A stretch of DNA of 64,000 nt from Cirrosporium novae-zelandiae (GCA_026023565.1 JAPETS010000009.1:62001-126000), one strand, 5' to 3'; numbered from the stretch's first letter, positions 11,687 through 24,816 are shown. Notes: a model not told the origin generated them from the sequence alone. Program-made: numbers and translations.

Positions 11687-13260
11687 TTTTACTGACGCTC
11701 AACGAAGAGGAAGCAAATCAATTGAGGGCTGGAGGATGAGGATCGCAATAGACCATACCGAACAACGAAACAAAACAACGACAGGCAAAGGCAAGGTATA
11801 AATGTAGCTTGGAAATGACCCAATTGGGGGACAATTGGACGTGGTCGGCAGACATTGCGGCTGCTGGAAATTCAATCTTGCTCGACATGTTACCGTAAAA
11901 AATTATAAGCAGCATATCCGATATCTCGGGCTTTGGCGCATTTTCTTGTGGGGAAACTTAGACTTGTACTCGGTGCTGGTAACTACTTTGTACATCTCCT
12001 GTGGTGTGGAGTGCCATCTGGAGTTGCGGAGAAGGCGGGGTGATGTACTGGTAGAGCCTAGGCGAAAGTTCAGATACCGAAGTTTACCCTCAGGTTGTTG
12101 ATGGCCGGCTGAATCTTTAACTTTTGATGCCCTTCCATGATCTATTTTCTCTTGTCATTGAATGAAAAAGGTCCTGTTTATTATTATCTGTAGTCAAGTG
12201 TGTTTTGTTAGTTGATGTTCTGTTCTTGAAAGATGTTGTGTTGTTGTGTTGTTGTGTCTAAACGATGAGGAGTGTAAATAATCCAATGCACGTGAGGAAG
12301 TTCGGTGTTTTGAATTACCGACTTTACTCCGACTCCGGTCCCCAAAAGAACTTGACAGGAAAGTGTAACGTCATAATTACTGATACAAACAACTCCAGGC
12401 TAAATAAAGCAATTTAAGGGAACTTTAACCAATTTCTTCGTTTCTTCACCTGATCTCTCCGTCTCTATACGTGAACAGAACAAGTTACACGGGTTTGCAA
12501 CTCTCCACTATTTACCATTCCTCAGGTCATGCGGAGAGGCCCCCCCCCCCCATCATTCTCCTCATTTTCTCATTTTCTCATTTTCTCATTTTAGATCCAT
12601 ATAGCCAAAAAGTCATTGTCGGCAATCAACATCCGAATACCTTTCCTTGACTCAGTTGAACCTCACCAATGGAACAAATGGAACATTGAATTACTACAAT
12701 CGAAGGGACCTTCCCTACTATCTGGGGGCCGAGATTGACTTAATTTATTGAATCTCCGCTCATCTACGCTCCGCAAGCTTTGGATAGCACGTGTTCATAT
12801 ACATCTGAGAGATCCACTGTGTGCACTCACTGCATTAGGAGAAGTCAGCCGCATGTGTTTTCTCTCATCTCCTGACGTTTGTCTTTGTTATGGTGTTGAG
12901 GTTGTGTTGTTAACCACAACCTGACAAGGCCTGGATCTGCCATACGGATCCGAGGATGGAAATGGCATGGCTTGGAGAGCTTGGAGGGCTTGGAAGATCA
13001 TCATCGAAAGCTTGAGCTGAGAAATGGAATGACATAGGCTCGTGAGTTCCAGAGAATCGGCCACTCGTTATTAATTGTAATCATCACCAATCCAATTCTT
13101 TTACAAGAAAAAGGTATGCTGCTAAAGTCGGTCAATGTGAATAGCTACATCAGGTACAAAATATAATTGTGTATTGCAACAGCCATTACTAATGCCAAGC
13201 CACACAGTCGTTACTCCATATCCTTTGGCATTGATTGCATTCTGATCATGAACATGTTCA

Positions 13261-16200
13261 TTAATAATCATCCTCTTCCTCTTCTTCTTCATCATCATCA
13301 TCATATCTAGCGCTCATTGACCCATCCTTCGGTCTCCCTGCACCTTGAGGAGATGGTGAAATATACCTGATATCGTCCGTGTATTGCCTAGGGTTTTCAG
13401 CACGGAAAAATGGAGCGTCTGGACTTGGCCAGGAAGCTCCTCCATAGGTTGATCTCTGGGAATTCCGGTACGTGTTCTGATTTGCGCTATCCGATGGATT
13501 ATATTGGTCTCCCGTGGATCGCAATCCGCCCCTCTGTGAAGGTGAAGGTGAAGGAGTAGCATTGGGCACAAAATGATCATACTGAGGGGACTCCCGTTGT
13601 TGTACTGTGGGATTAGTGTCCAAATACTGGTAGGAAGCGTGTCCAGACCTAGGTTGAGGCCGTCTCTGATACGGCTGCTGTGGCATTGGCCCTCCCGATC
13701 TATAGCTGTCTATTGCCGTTGTCTCAAACACATTCGTTACTCCAACTTGGTCGGCTCTTTCTTGGCGGTGCCATGCCCGGTCGACAGCTGTATGACCGGT
13801 GGTCTTTGTTATATAATGGTCGAATTGTTGAGATGCCCTGGCGACTATCTCGAAATGCATTCTCTCTAACTTGGGCAGGATGGGGGGGATGTCTTCCGGT
13901 GCCTCTGTCTTGCTGCGTTTGATGTTCGCTTCAGCAGCATCGAATTCTGCCAATGCTGTAGCCGTCTGGAAAGCATTTCGAATTTGTCGTCCATTCCAGC
14001 GCGAGTCCTTGGTCCCGCCATTTTCATACTGCTCTCGGGCAAATTGCTTTATCATTGGCACGTCAATGATCATTCTTTGCCCTTTTCTCTGCATCAGCCG
14101 GTCCAGATTCATCGCCCATATTTTCATTGTCTGCATTCGATCGAGTGGAGGATAATAAAGACTTATATGAATTCGGGACGTGAAGGCTTCGTCAAATGCC
14201 CCAACTCTGTTTGTGGTTAGAAACAATATCCCAGTATAATACTCAAGCACTCGTAGGAACACTAGAAGCATTAGTTGGATCTCTGATGTTGGTTCCGCCT
14301 GAATGGTAAGTGCTCACCCGAAACGAGACTATTGCGCTTAATGTCTGTTCTATCCCTTTCAGCAAGAAATACATCGGCTTCGTCTAATAAGAGTACACAA
14401 TTCCATCTTTGTGCCAGATGGAATTTTTCGTCAAGCTCTCTCTCAACATGCTCAGCATCCAGACCCAGGTCGCCTGTAGTTGTTAGTGAGAGGAATCCTT
14501 TCACCTATGACAGCCGTCACATCATTTAACATACCGCAAGTAATCGGTAGAAGGAGTTTACCATTCGCGTCGGCGACACATTCTGGCAGTAAAAGATCAT
14601 CGAGTTAGCATCTGCACTCCTATTTTGGCCTATTATGACGAACCAGCTGTAGAAGTCTTGCCGACTCCAGGAGCACCATGGAGGAGAATAATAAGGCCAT
14701 TTCCTAGGAAATATTAACCAAGCTATCACCACCAGCGTTAATTAAATAATTACCTTTCCCGCGAACTAAATCAGCTTCATAGTCATCATTAGTATATTTT
14801 TCTTGAAAAGCTTTAGCCATGAAATGGCTTTTGACCAACGCCTGCACCATCCTCTTATGCCCTTTGGGCAGTTTCAAGCCATTGAATCCATCTTTTCGCG
14901 GCCTAACCTCCCGAAGGTCACTGATACTTAGCTGGGCTTCAGTATGTAAGCACTTATCCCTGGAAAGTTTTGAGTCTCTGTCTCACCGAATTTGCGAGTC
15001 CGCAGGATATATGCGAAAACGCGAGTAGGCAGCAGTATTAGATCTTCAGTTTGTAATATGCTAGCATCATTTGTACGGTTTTCCCACATATTTTTCAAGA
15101 TAGCATTCTGCTCGATGAAATCATTTGTTTGTGTTCTGTCCGTTAAATAATCATAGTCAAAGTACCAGGGTTCTTCCGAGTTATGCTCCTGTTGGTAACG
15201 GTTTTTCCAGAGTCTGGCTCCGAAATCATTAATAGTCTCCCTCGGATCCGCCCCGAGGAAGTTAAGGGAATCAAAAACTGGTATCCAGTCAGGATTGGTT
15301 TGAAAAGCCTCACTGAAATCAACAACGACGTGGCTATCAATATACTCGGAGTGCTTCGGCGCCTTTTCTCCCTCAAGTAGCGATCCACAAGGATGACGAA
15401 CAAGACTCCTTCCCACGTAATATCTAGGTTTGAAGCTTGTGAAATTCAAAAACTCTTTACCGTTTTCTATAAGGTTGGTCTTGATCTTGGATATATTCTC
15501 CGAGTACCGCAATGGATAGACTTCGAGAGAAGTTATATCTTTCTCGCCTTCAAAAGGCTGGAGTGGGAAAGTGTGTGCGACTGGACCAAACTCTCTACCA
15601 TCAAAATCCAAATGATAGCATTTGACAAAAAATGGGTTTATTCTCTCTCTTTTTTTCAAACTCTCCGGGTCATCGTCGTCGTTAGTGTTCAGAACTAGGC
15701 GCCCATTTGCCGTATGCAAAACTCGCCAAACTTCTTGATACCTCTCATTATGAATGTCCGATACTGATGGCTCAGTCGAGTTTCCTGCGGCTGTATTTCT
15801 GGATTTGGGGTCTTTATCTTGGCCGTTGTTACCCAGGGGCACATAAACGACCTCTCCTGGTTTGAAAAGATACCATAGATCTGCGAATCTCACCTTGCGG
15901 TTCTTGTTATCACGGTACTTATTTTCAATCGGCTTTAAGTACTCGTCTATAAACTCAAGGAGACAACGAATATCTTGCATGGTATCTGGACTATCTAAAA
16001 GATCTTCTGGCATGGCATCGACCTCAGTATTCACTGGGGTGGTTTTCTCATCGCTGTTAGAGGATGCTTCTCCTGACTCGGCCGACTTCGTAAGGTCACT
16101 CTCGTTGGTAGGCTCGCTTGCTTTATTTAATTCGTTATTTGCAGAACGCTCGAGGGAGCTTCCGCCTACAACTGTCGTGGTATCTCCAGTTTGGGGCTCA

Positions 16201-17171
16201 TCTGTCAAATCGTCCTGAGACGTTGAATGATTAGTGGGCCCGTCCCTTTTTTCTTCTAGTCTCTTTAAGTGGGCCCGTAGGGCATTCTCCGCAACAAAGA
16301 ACTTCTTAAAGGGCGCTACAAAAAGAGTCGGTATTGGGGCATATTTACCGATATCGGCAATTTCGAATAATTTAAAAATCCCTGGAGAATTCACAAGTAC
16401 GGCATAAGCGCTGCCTGGCTTTGTGGAATCGGATTTCATGCTTGCGTCATTTTTTTCTTCATCTTCTATATCACTATAGGACCTCGGACTTTTTGTTTTG
16501 TCTTGTTCTCTATACCCAACCGACGGTTTTTCGATAAGGATTTGGAGAGTGTAAACACGGTTCTCGTCCACCAATTTGTTCTTGAAATCAAACCATTTCA
16601 ATCGTAGAGCTTTCCTGATCCGAATCTTTTCTTTGTCTGCCTTTTTATTGGCACTTTTCAGCGAGTCATCACCCCCTTCAACCTTTAGTAGTTTAGCTTC
16701 CAAAGAAGCTACACGTTCCTCCATCAGTTGAAGGTAGTCTGCGTATTGTTTGACTTGTTGTGCTGTTTCACTTATAGAATCTTCACTGGTCTTCTCCGTT
16801 ATCTCTTGACTGTTTTCTTTTTCTGTTGCAAGGCTAGCCTTGTCCTCGCCATTGCTGGGTTGTGTTTTGCCCTTCGCCTTGTTTTGGTCAGACTGATTAT
16901 TCTTAAGCCCATCAATGTTATCTTCGTTGGGCTTGGGGTCTCCGGGTTGAGAATATCAGTATTGAAGGTTCTCTCATCTTCAAAAGATTAGCTAACCTAG
17001 ATCCTCTAGCGAAGACCTCCCCGACAAGCTACATTCGACTGAGAATTGGGGTTTCGCGGATTCCAGTAAGGAGGTTTCGTTCAGATAGGTCTGATTTCCA
17101 AGCTCCTCAAGCTCCGATCTAGTCGTCTTCTTCTCCTTGTCGTCAACAGTGTTCGGACCACTGATAGTCAT
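13261..17171 (-). CDS. Large fungal AAA+ ATPase (long N-terminal region, single AAA domain, low-complexity Q/P/S/Y tail ending in a D/E run)
   Basis: Multi-exon. Motifs: FADLWYLFKPGE, DFDGREFGP, KDITSLEVYPL, DLVRGKG-NGLIILLHGAPGVGKTSTAE (Walker A ~14651-14680), CVLLLDEADVFL (Walker B), VFLRVLEYYTGILFLTTNRVGAFDEAFTSRIH, WNGRQIRNAFQTA. The first exon boundary is approximate. Confidence 0.9.
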
Positions 17172-17897
17172 TAGTACACTTGACAAATGCTGGGCAATGA
17201 AGGTTATACGCAATCTGTATAAGCGGTTCGTCCATCATTACTGTGCAGTAATAACTAGTGAAGCCCTTTCAGAGAGGTGTTTATCTTATGGCAAGGATCG
17301 AATATATTGCAATTTATAGCCACAGCTCACAGAGTTTGTTGAGGACAATAAAGGTGAGAGTGAAGGAAATCTACTTTCATGGGTTGATATTGCGAAGGCA
17401 AGGCTGAGCAGCCAACTCATAATTATGCAAAATAGCATGCATGAACTACTGAAGCTAAGCGAGATCCTTGTACTATCGAATCAGCAATCAAGTAGAAAAG
17501 GACTAGAGCTAAATATATTTACCCAATAGCTATTTTCGACGAATGAGATGTCCGGGTGTAGAATCCTCAAAGGCCGGCTAACACTTTCTATGGACTCAAG
17601 GGTAAGCAAATGGTCAACTTATACAGGGATAAAGCATATTAGCGTAGTAATTATTCAGAATTTTCACGGCTTATCGGTTAGATATAAGACGTTGGGCTAC
17701 TCAGCCTTGCTCGATTAGTGGTTGGAGAATCCGCGAGCCACAGTTAGGGTCAAAACATTAGATCATTAAATACAGTCGTAGTCATACTATTTAAGCTTTG
17801 GCTCACGATAGAAATACAGCGGTAGGGAATCTATTTCAAAGTCTCGCGCAAATAAATGACAGCATTTCATCTTCTAGGTAATCACTGATAGCACAAA

Positions 17898-20188
17898 ATG
17901 TCGGACTTATCATATGTTCCCTCGCAACTGGGACGAAAATTAGCAAGGACTTATGTTGACGAAAACGCCGAAGACCTACATAAAGCCTTTGCTACACCAA
18001 CCCAATACGACGAGCAACGTGCCCAATATAAAGCAAAAGGGCCTATCAAGTGCGTCATATATTTCTATGCGCTAGGATCTTTCAATGGGGATCTTATCAG
18101 GCCAATTGATTCTAATAACCGGCAGTAATGACAAGCTTCGGGTTGGCACAGACCAGTTCTTCTCAGTCATGGAAGCATACCAAAAATGTACCAAAGACGA
18201 GTCTTCCGCCAGTTTCAACATCCGCAATAAGCATGGATGGGACGAAGTTATCAGAGAAGCAAGGAGGGCAGAGCAAAAGTACAATGATGCTTGTAGAGGG
18301 CGGAAACTGTTCAGATTCAGTGGTGACTACGCAGCTGCGATAAGCCCGTTCTTCAAGTTGATCCCAAGCACGGAGTATACGTCGGTTCTGTGTGGGGGAT
18401 TGGCATTGATATTTGGGGTAGGTAGGCCTCGACGACAATGTAAGATTTCATAACTGAGAATGCCACAGATCGCGGCTCGTCTCAGCCAGAAACGGCTTGA
18501 AATCCTACAAGCCCTGAAAGACGTGCCTGACACCATTGAGATGGCAGAAAAATGTCTAGAAAAATTTCCCAGTGACTTAAAACTCAGAGATATTAACATT
18601 GAGCTCTACCTTTCAATCCTCAGCGCTCTCGAAAGCATAATTGAATGGTTGGTTGACAGCCCATTTCGTAAGACCTTTGGCGAAAATATCCTTCGAACAG
18701 GACTAAACCATCACAGGTAAAACTATCAGAGCTGCATTCAAGGGGAAGTTTCAAGAAAGAGCACTGGACGAACGAATCCAGGAGATTAACTCCCAGGTTC
18801 TCACTTTGCAACACCACTACCATGACTTACTTCATAAAACAGTCATCCAGACAGAGGCCACAGCCAGGAGGACTGAATTAAAGTTGGACAATGTTAAGGA
18901 TATAACAGTATCCACTCAACATCAAATAAAATCTGTGGGAACAGATATACAATTAGGTGTTGTCAAGGTTGATTCAAAAGTTTCGAGGGTTTTGGAAGAG
19001 GCCACCTGGCTGAAAGAGTCCCATAATGCATTGACGATTCGGATTACAGATATGCAAAAGGTGATCGATGCTCAGGAGGGACAGGGAGTTGAGGCCAAGA
19101 ATTCACTTCAAGGCTTCCTCCAAGAACAAATCCGTTTTGCAGCATGTATGGACATTCCCAGTCATTAATATCTCATCGTCATATGCTAAAGAACTATAGG
19201 GAACATTAAGAAAGATATCAGTGCCGAGTTTGAACGTCGAAGTCCTATCCCTTCCTTTAGGCCCCTAATTACCCATGACCAGCTAGTCACCCTGTTGGCG
19301 GCAAACCCGGCTATAACGGATCACGACCTCCAGACCGTCATAAGGGAGGGGCATAGAATAGACCTCGATTCCCAAAACCGAGTTCAATGGCTAATGAAAT
19401 GCACAACTTTCCAGGCTTGGTTAGGTTCGAGAAACGCCCAGGTGCTTCTTGTAGATGGCAACTCAACTTCCAGGACTCTAGGACGAGAATCGGAAATGTC
19501 GTTGCTGTGCGCTATGCTAGTCCAAAGCCTGTCCGGAATACCACTTTCTATGCCAATCCTATTCTTTTGCGGTTTGCATACCGATGACGAGAGTGATGCT
19601 CTTGCTGGACCTAGTGGACTAATCAGAAGTTTGATCACCCAACTTCTCCATGTCCACACCTTCAATCTGGGTTTCATAAGCACGCGCAGGCACAGAGACC
19701 AAATAAATAGTCTGCAACTTGAACATCTTTGTGAACTTTTCTCCACCCTTGTCAGCACATTGCCCGTCGATACCGTCGTATTTTGTATGATCGATGGAAT
19801 TTCATTCTACGAGAATGATCAATGGCAAGCTGGTCTTTGCTTCATTATCCAGAAGCTCCAAGAGCTCGCTGACGACGAATCCATCAATGCCATATTTAAG
19901 CTGTTAATCACGACTCCGTTGATGAGTAGGTATGTCGAATATCAGATCGATCCGCAGGACCGGTTGACGATGCCGAGGAACATAGGTGGTCCAACATATG
20001 GTTTAACAGAGCGGAGCATGGCCATGGATACAAGACAGGCAATGGAACAAATGCCCTTAAACCTTTGGGTGGAGCAACAGGATCCCAACTTTGCAGCCGA
20101 GCGCGAGAATATTCGGTATATGGACGAAGGATATGGCGATCAGGATGTTGACGATAGACTCAGTGATGAGTCTGTAGAGATATTCTAG
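17898..20188 (+). CDS. NACHT-like protein with degenerate P-loop: helical N-terminus + coiled coil + truncated NTPase domain
   Basis: Five exons joined by GT-AG introns. Motifs: SVLCGGLALIFG, coiled coil at 18806-19145, FQAWLGSRNAQVLLVDGN (no GxxGxGKS/T), PILFFCGLH, GPSGLIRSLITQLL, VFCMIDGISFYE (Walker B-like) and FKLLITTP. Confidence 0.75.
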
Positions 20189-20599
20189 AAGGGGTGGGTT
20201 TAGTCATCAATTTATTGTGCTGACAATCTAAGTAATACTTTCTGGCATACAATTCCTAGAAACGATCCTGGTTTCATGAAGAAATGGCGTGTGCAATAGA
20301 AAATTAAATTCCGATCAGGTGATTTCGTGTAGCATAATTAGCGCTATTATTAGCCGAGGGTTTCGCATACAAAAGATCCTTCAAATTCGCATACATATAT
20401 GGCAGCAATTATAATCTGACCCTAATATTAATACTCTACCATTGAATTTAACACGTACTATACTCTATACGTAAATATAATTTCTTTGCCATGATGAGTA
20501 CACCCCTCGTACGATCTTACCGATTTTGTGAAATTTAGTTCCTTACAACGTGTGTATACATTATATATCTATACTTATAATTTATACTCAACAACGCAC

Positions 20600-22170
20600 T
20601 CAAAGTTGATACCTCCATGGCTTCTTGGCTCTTCCCTCTTCATCTTCATCTCCATCCACCACCACTCCCAAACTCTCCTCTGTTCTCCCCAACCTCCGAT
20701 TACACCACCAGTAAACCCACATAACAACCCCCACAACCCCTACACTCCCCGCATAAAGTCCCAAAATTGCCGCAAATGCCTTCGGATACTTTGGTGCATC
20801 GCTCGTCCGGAAAAGCTGTTGACCCGCTAACCCCCCCAAATTACTCCCTATAACCGCCATAGCGAGTCCCACGCTCCGTTTCTGCGGGGTACGCGCATTT
20901 ATACTGACCCACGCATCATTCAGTCCCTGCGCAAGGGCATTTCCGCTGCCCAGGCACTCAAAAATGGCATACCTTGTCCACTTGTCGGCGTTCAAGGGAA
21001 GGCTATAAAGGCCGGCAGCGAATGCGAGGGACCAGACGGAGGCGACGATGCACCAGATGCCTTTTTGGCGAGTGCGATCGCTGGCAAAGGAGATGAGGAA
21101 GCTGAAGACCACGACGGCAAAGTTGGACACCGAGTTCAGGCAATTAGCTTTTGTCGTCGAGAAACCCATTGACTTTATAATTTTGGGGCCGTAGAGCTGC
21201 AGGCCCCCTTTCGGGGCTAGAGCTACGACGTTTAGGGTCATGTGCAACCAGAGGCGGTAGTCGCTGAGGCAATCGGCGATTACTTTTGGAGTGATATCAA
21301 TGCGAGAGACGTCTTTTGAAGGGTCGTCAAGGATGACTCGCGTCTTCATTATCAGGCGCTCGCGGTCAGAGAAAAGGTCGAAGAGACCGTGGACGGGGCG
21401 CGTATGGTCGGGAGATTCAGGAAGGAAGACAATGAAAACGCAGCACATGATGAGAGTCATGATGCCTTCGATTATGAAAAGCCACTGCCAGCCGCTTAGC
21501 CCATGCTTGCCAGACAACTCCAAGATTCCGGCGGCTATCAAGGAGCCGGTAGCTGCGGCAAAATAGTTTCCGAAATAAAAGATGGCGGTCCGAGAAGCAA
21601 GTTCTGTCCTTTTATAGAAGGTAGACAGCATATACTGCGCACCAGGGATATATCCTGCCTCGAACATACCCAACAGAAACCTGGTCGCGTAGAAACTATG
21701 GATATTAGTGCACCAGGCCTGCGCGAGCGCAACGAGGCCCCAGATTCCAATCTGCCCTGTAAGCCAGATTGACGGACCCAATTTCTGGAGAATGAAATTG
21801 GAAGGGATTTCGAAGATGACGATCCCTATGAACAGGAGTTGCGCACCAAGGTTTACATCGTCGGTAGTGATATGAAGGTCTTCTGTAAGGGTACTTGTTA
21901 AGGCGTTTGAGATGTTAATTCTATCAAGCTGAAGGACGAAGAAACCAGCGACCAGAAGAGGAAGTAGAAAAAGGTCCAGTCTAATATAACGTTAATTACG
22001 ATGGAACAACGTTCAATTAATAAGATCGCTCACTTCAGCTTGACCATCCTTTCATCCGCCTCCGACCACCAATGCTGAGTAGTACTGGTTTGCTCAGCAT
22101 CTCTAATTGTCGATTTCTCAAACGACGATGCTAATCCCTTCGGGTCTGAAGAATGTAATGAAATATCCAT
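20600..22170 (-). CDS. MFS transporter, anion:cation symporter / allantoate permease (Dal5-like) family
   Basis: ATG at 22170, one intron at ~21981-22034. Motifs LDLFLLPLL, QLDRINISNA, FEIPSN, RFLLGMFEAGYIPG, GWQWLFIIEG and DAPKYPK, with many TM helices. Confidence 0.9.
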
Positions 22171-22411
22171 CGTTAGGATATTAGCCACCCGTTCGTCAAG
22201 GCCTTGTTGACTTGACCAGAAATTGGTGTTCAGCTTCTTGGAAGAGAGTGAGAGACGGAGCTTTATTTATATCCAGCTTCTTTCTTCCTTAACATGATGC
22301 TCGGCTGGCACCATTGTTCCAGATAGGATGATTGAGTCAATAGCCTAAGGTCCTATTATCTCTTAAGGATTTTAGATAAGAGCAACGCCATAGCGAATAG
22401 TTAGACGTGAT

Positions 22412-22539
22412 TCGGATGTGGCCGTAAATACAACGTAGGTATTAACTTGAGAGCGCGTTCAAATAATTCTAAAGGGCGGTGTCGGAGGTGCATCCGATAT
22501 ATGAATACGCTTTCGGACCAGAGCGACGCTCTGCTCCGA
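22412..22539. promoter_or_regulatory. Cluster of inverted CGG/CCG triplets (candidate Zn2Cys6 sites) in the MFS/sulfatase bidirectional promoter
   Basis: CGG-N6-CCG at ~22413-22424, TCGGA-N6-TCCGA at 22482-22497, and near-palindrome TCGGACCAGAGCG-A-CGCTCTGCTCCGA at 22513-22539. Confidence 0.45.
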
Positions 22540-22764
22540 CACCAAAAAATTGTATTTTGCATTCGTGATTGGGACAAAGAATAAGGTAATTGTAGCATAG
22601 AATTGCAAAGGCTTTTCCCATAAATCATTTGAATACCCGAAAATTCTTTTGTTGTGAAGTGAAGTACTTGCGCGTCTTTTACGCACTCTTGACCAGATAT
22701 TCTCTCCTCCCCGATAATATCGACTGCCCTTATTTAGACGAACAAAAAGAACTATCGAGACATC

Positions 22765-24111
22765 ATGTCGAAAGACCCAAAGAAGCCGAACGTGATTATA
22801 GTCCTTGCCGATAATCTCGGGTGGGGTGAATTGGGTTGTTACGGAGGTGGTGTTCTTCGAGGTGCAGCAACCCCACGAATCGATAAATTAGCGACCGAAG
22901 GCCTCCTACTTCATAATTTCAACGTTGAAAGTGATTGTGTCCCAACTCGATCTGCACTGATGACCGGTCGTCATCCAATCCGAACTGGTTGTCGACAATC
23001 GGTCCCCGCGGGCCTTCCCCAAGGGTTGACTCCATATGAACATACATTACCAGAGTGCTTGAAGGAAGTTGGGTATGTGACTGCACATCATGGTAAATGG
23101 CATTTGGGCGATGTGCCCGGTAGATATCCTTCAGATCGAGGATTCGATGAATGGTACGGGATTCCAAGAACGACGGACGAAACACAGTTCACTTCTGCCA
23201 TCGGGTTCGATGCTCAGGTGGCTGAGATTCCATATGTCATGAAGGGGATTGCAGGGCAACCATCAGAGAACGTATGCATATATGATTTGAAAGAGAGGCG
23301 ACTAATCGACGCGACATTGGTAGAGAAGACAAAAGACTGGTTGACACGAAAAGTTGTGGAAGGGAACCCATTCTTTTTGTATCACCCGTTAATTCATTTA
23401 CATTTTCCGACCATGCCACATCTAGACTTCGAGGGCAAAACGGGAAACGGGGAGTTTGCTGACTCGATGGCCGAAATGGATTATCGAGTTGGTCAGATCA
23501 TAGACCACGTCGAGTCATTGGGTATTGCCGAGAACACATTGTTCATCTTTGCCTCTGACAATGGTCCAGAGTTTCGTCAGCCCTATAGAGGAACTGCCGG
23601 TCCATGGCAAGGCACCTATCATACAGCCATGGAAGGAAGTCTTCGGGTTCCATGTATTATCAGATGGCCGGGAAAGATCCCAAAGAATACTACATCCAAC
23701 GAAATAGTTCACATCACAGATCTGTTCACCACGATCCTGGCAGTTACTGGAGGAACAGTGCCATCAGATCGACCAATCGATGGTGTAAATCAGTTGTCCT
23801 TCTTTGAGAATCCCCTTGAGGTCAAGTCTACCCACGAAGGATTCCCATTTTATATCAAGGAGGATCTCCGTGCCATCAAGTGGAGGGATTGGAAGTTGCA
23901 CTTCGTATGGGAACCTGAAGTTAACAAATCATCGGGAAAACTCGAGTCGCCGTATTTATTCAACCTTCTTAGGGACCCAAAAGAACAGACAGATATTCTT
24001 GCCTTCAATACATGGGTGATGCAGCCAATGCTCAAGCTTAGGGCTGCTTTCGAGAAGAGTCTTAGGAAGTATCCTGCACCACCTGACCCAATGAAGGATC
24101 TTGATGATTGA
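22765..24111 (+). CDS. Cys-type (formylglycine-dependent) arylsulfatase, intronless, no signal peptide
   Basis: PNVIIVLADNLGWGELGCYG, CVPTRSALMTGR (CxPxR), GKWHLG, SDNG, EGSLRVPCIIRWPG, DGVNQL and LFNLLRDPKE. Confidence 0.95.
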   Translation: MSKDPKKPNVIIVLADNLGWGELGCYGGGVLRGAATPRIDKLATEGLLLHNFNVESDCVPTRSALMTGRHPIRTGCRQSVPAGLPQGLTPYEHTLPECLKEVGYVTAHHGKWHLGDVPGRYPSDRGFDEWYGIPRTTDETQFTSAIGFDAQVAEIPYVMKGIAGQPSENVCIYDLKERRLIDATLVEKTKDWLTRKVVEGNPFFLYHPLIHLHFPTMPHLDFEGKTGNGEFADSMAEMDYRVGQIIDHVESLGIAENTLFIFASDNGPEFRQPYRGTAGPWQGTYHTAMEGSLRVPCIIRWPGKIPKNTTSNEIVHITDLFTTILAVTGGTVPSDRPIDGVNQLSFFENPLEVKSTHEGFPFYIKEDLRAIKWRDWKLHFVWEPEVNKSSGKLESPYLFNLLRDPKEQTDILAFNTWVMQPMLKLRAAFEKSLRKYPAPPDPMKDLDD

Positions 24112-24816
24112 GTGCTCGTCTCATAAGCTTGCGCCGACCATCTCAGTTCGTTAAATTATAACCACAACTACCAACACCCTAAAGTCATGTGTGGAAGACA
24201 TCATCTTCCATCTTTTTAGCACTGCCGTCTTTAAATTAGACGAAAAATGCCGAGTCAGATGCAGGAAGATGAAAATGCAGACAATAGGTTCAAAAAAGAA
24301 CCAGCGAATAACGAAAGATCCTTTCTGAACATTAGATTCATTAGGGAACTTTATGGAAACCAAGTCATCAAACAGATAGAACCCAAAGATCAGATTTCTT
24401 GAGTCTTTATTCGCTTATAGTAACATTTGAGCGTAATCCAAGGTAAGCTCCCAATAGTTAACTACTCCTAAGCCTTGGGATAATTTTTGGGTCAATGGAT
24501 TCACGGATACACATTCTGTATGTAAGCTCCCCGGAAGCTTTGCAGCAGAATCCTAAAAGCCAAGCTGTAGTAACGGATCAAAAGTCCTCAAATATAATTG
24601 GAATTTCAAAAAAATCTAGTCACATTCATATCCATTAGAATAAGAACGCATCCAGTATATTGTTAGGTATAAGTGAAATAGATTTAAAACTTCTCAAACT
24701 GAAGCACTGTTAGCATTGCTGCATTGACTCGGAACAAGGACCGCCGTAGCAGATCAACCTAGGCAACATCTGATATATGTCAATATTAAATAAAAGAGAT
24801 GCTATCTTCTCGTCCA

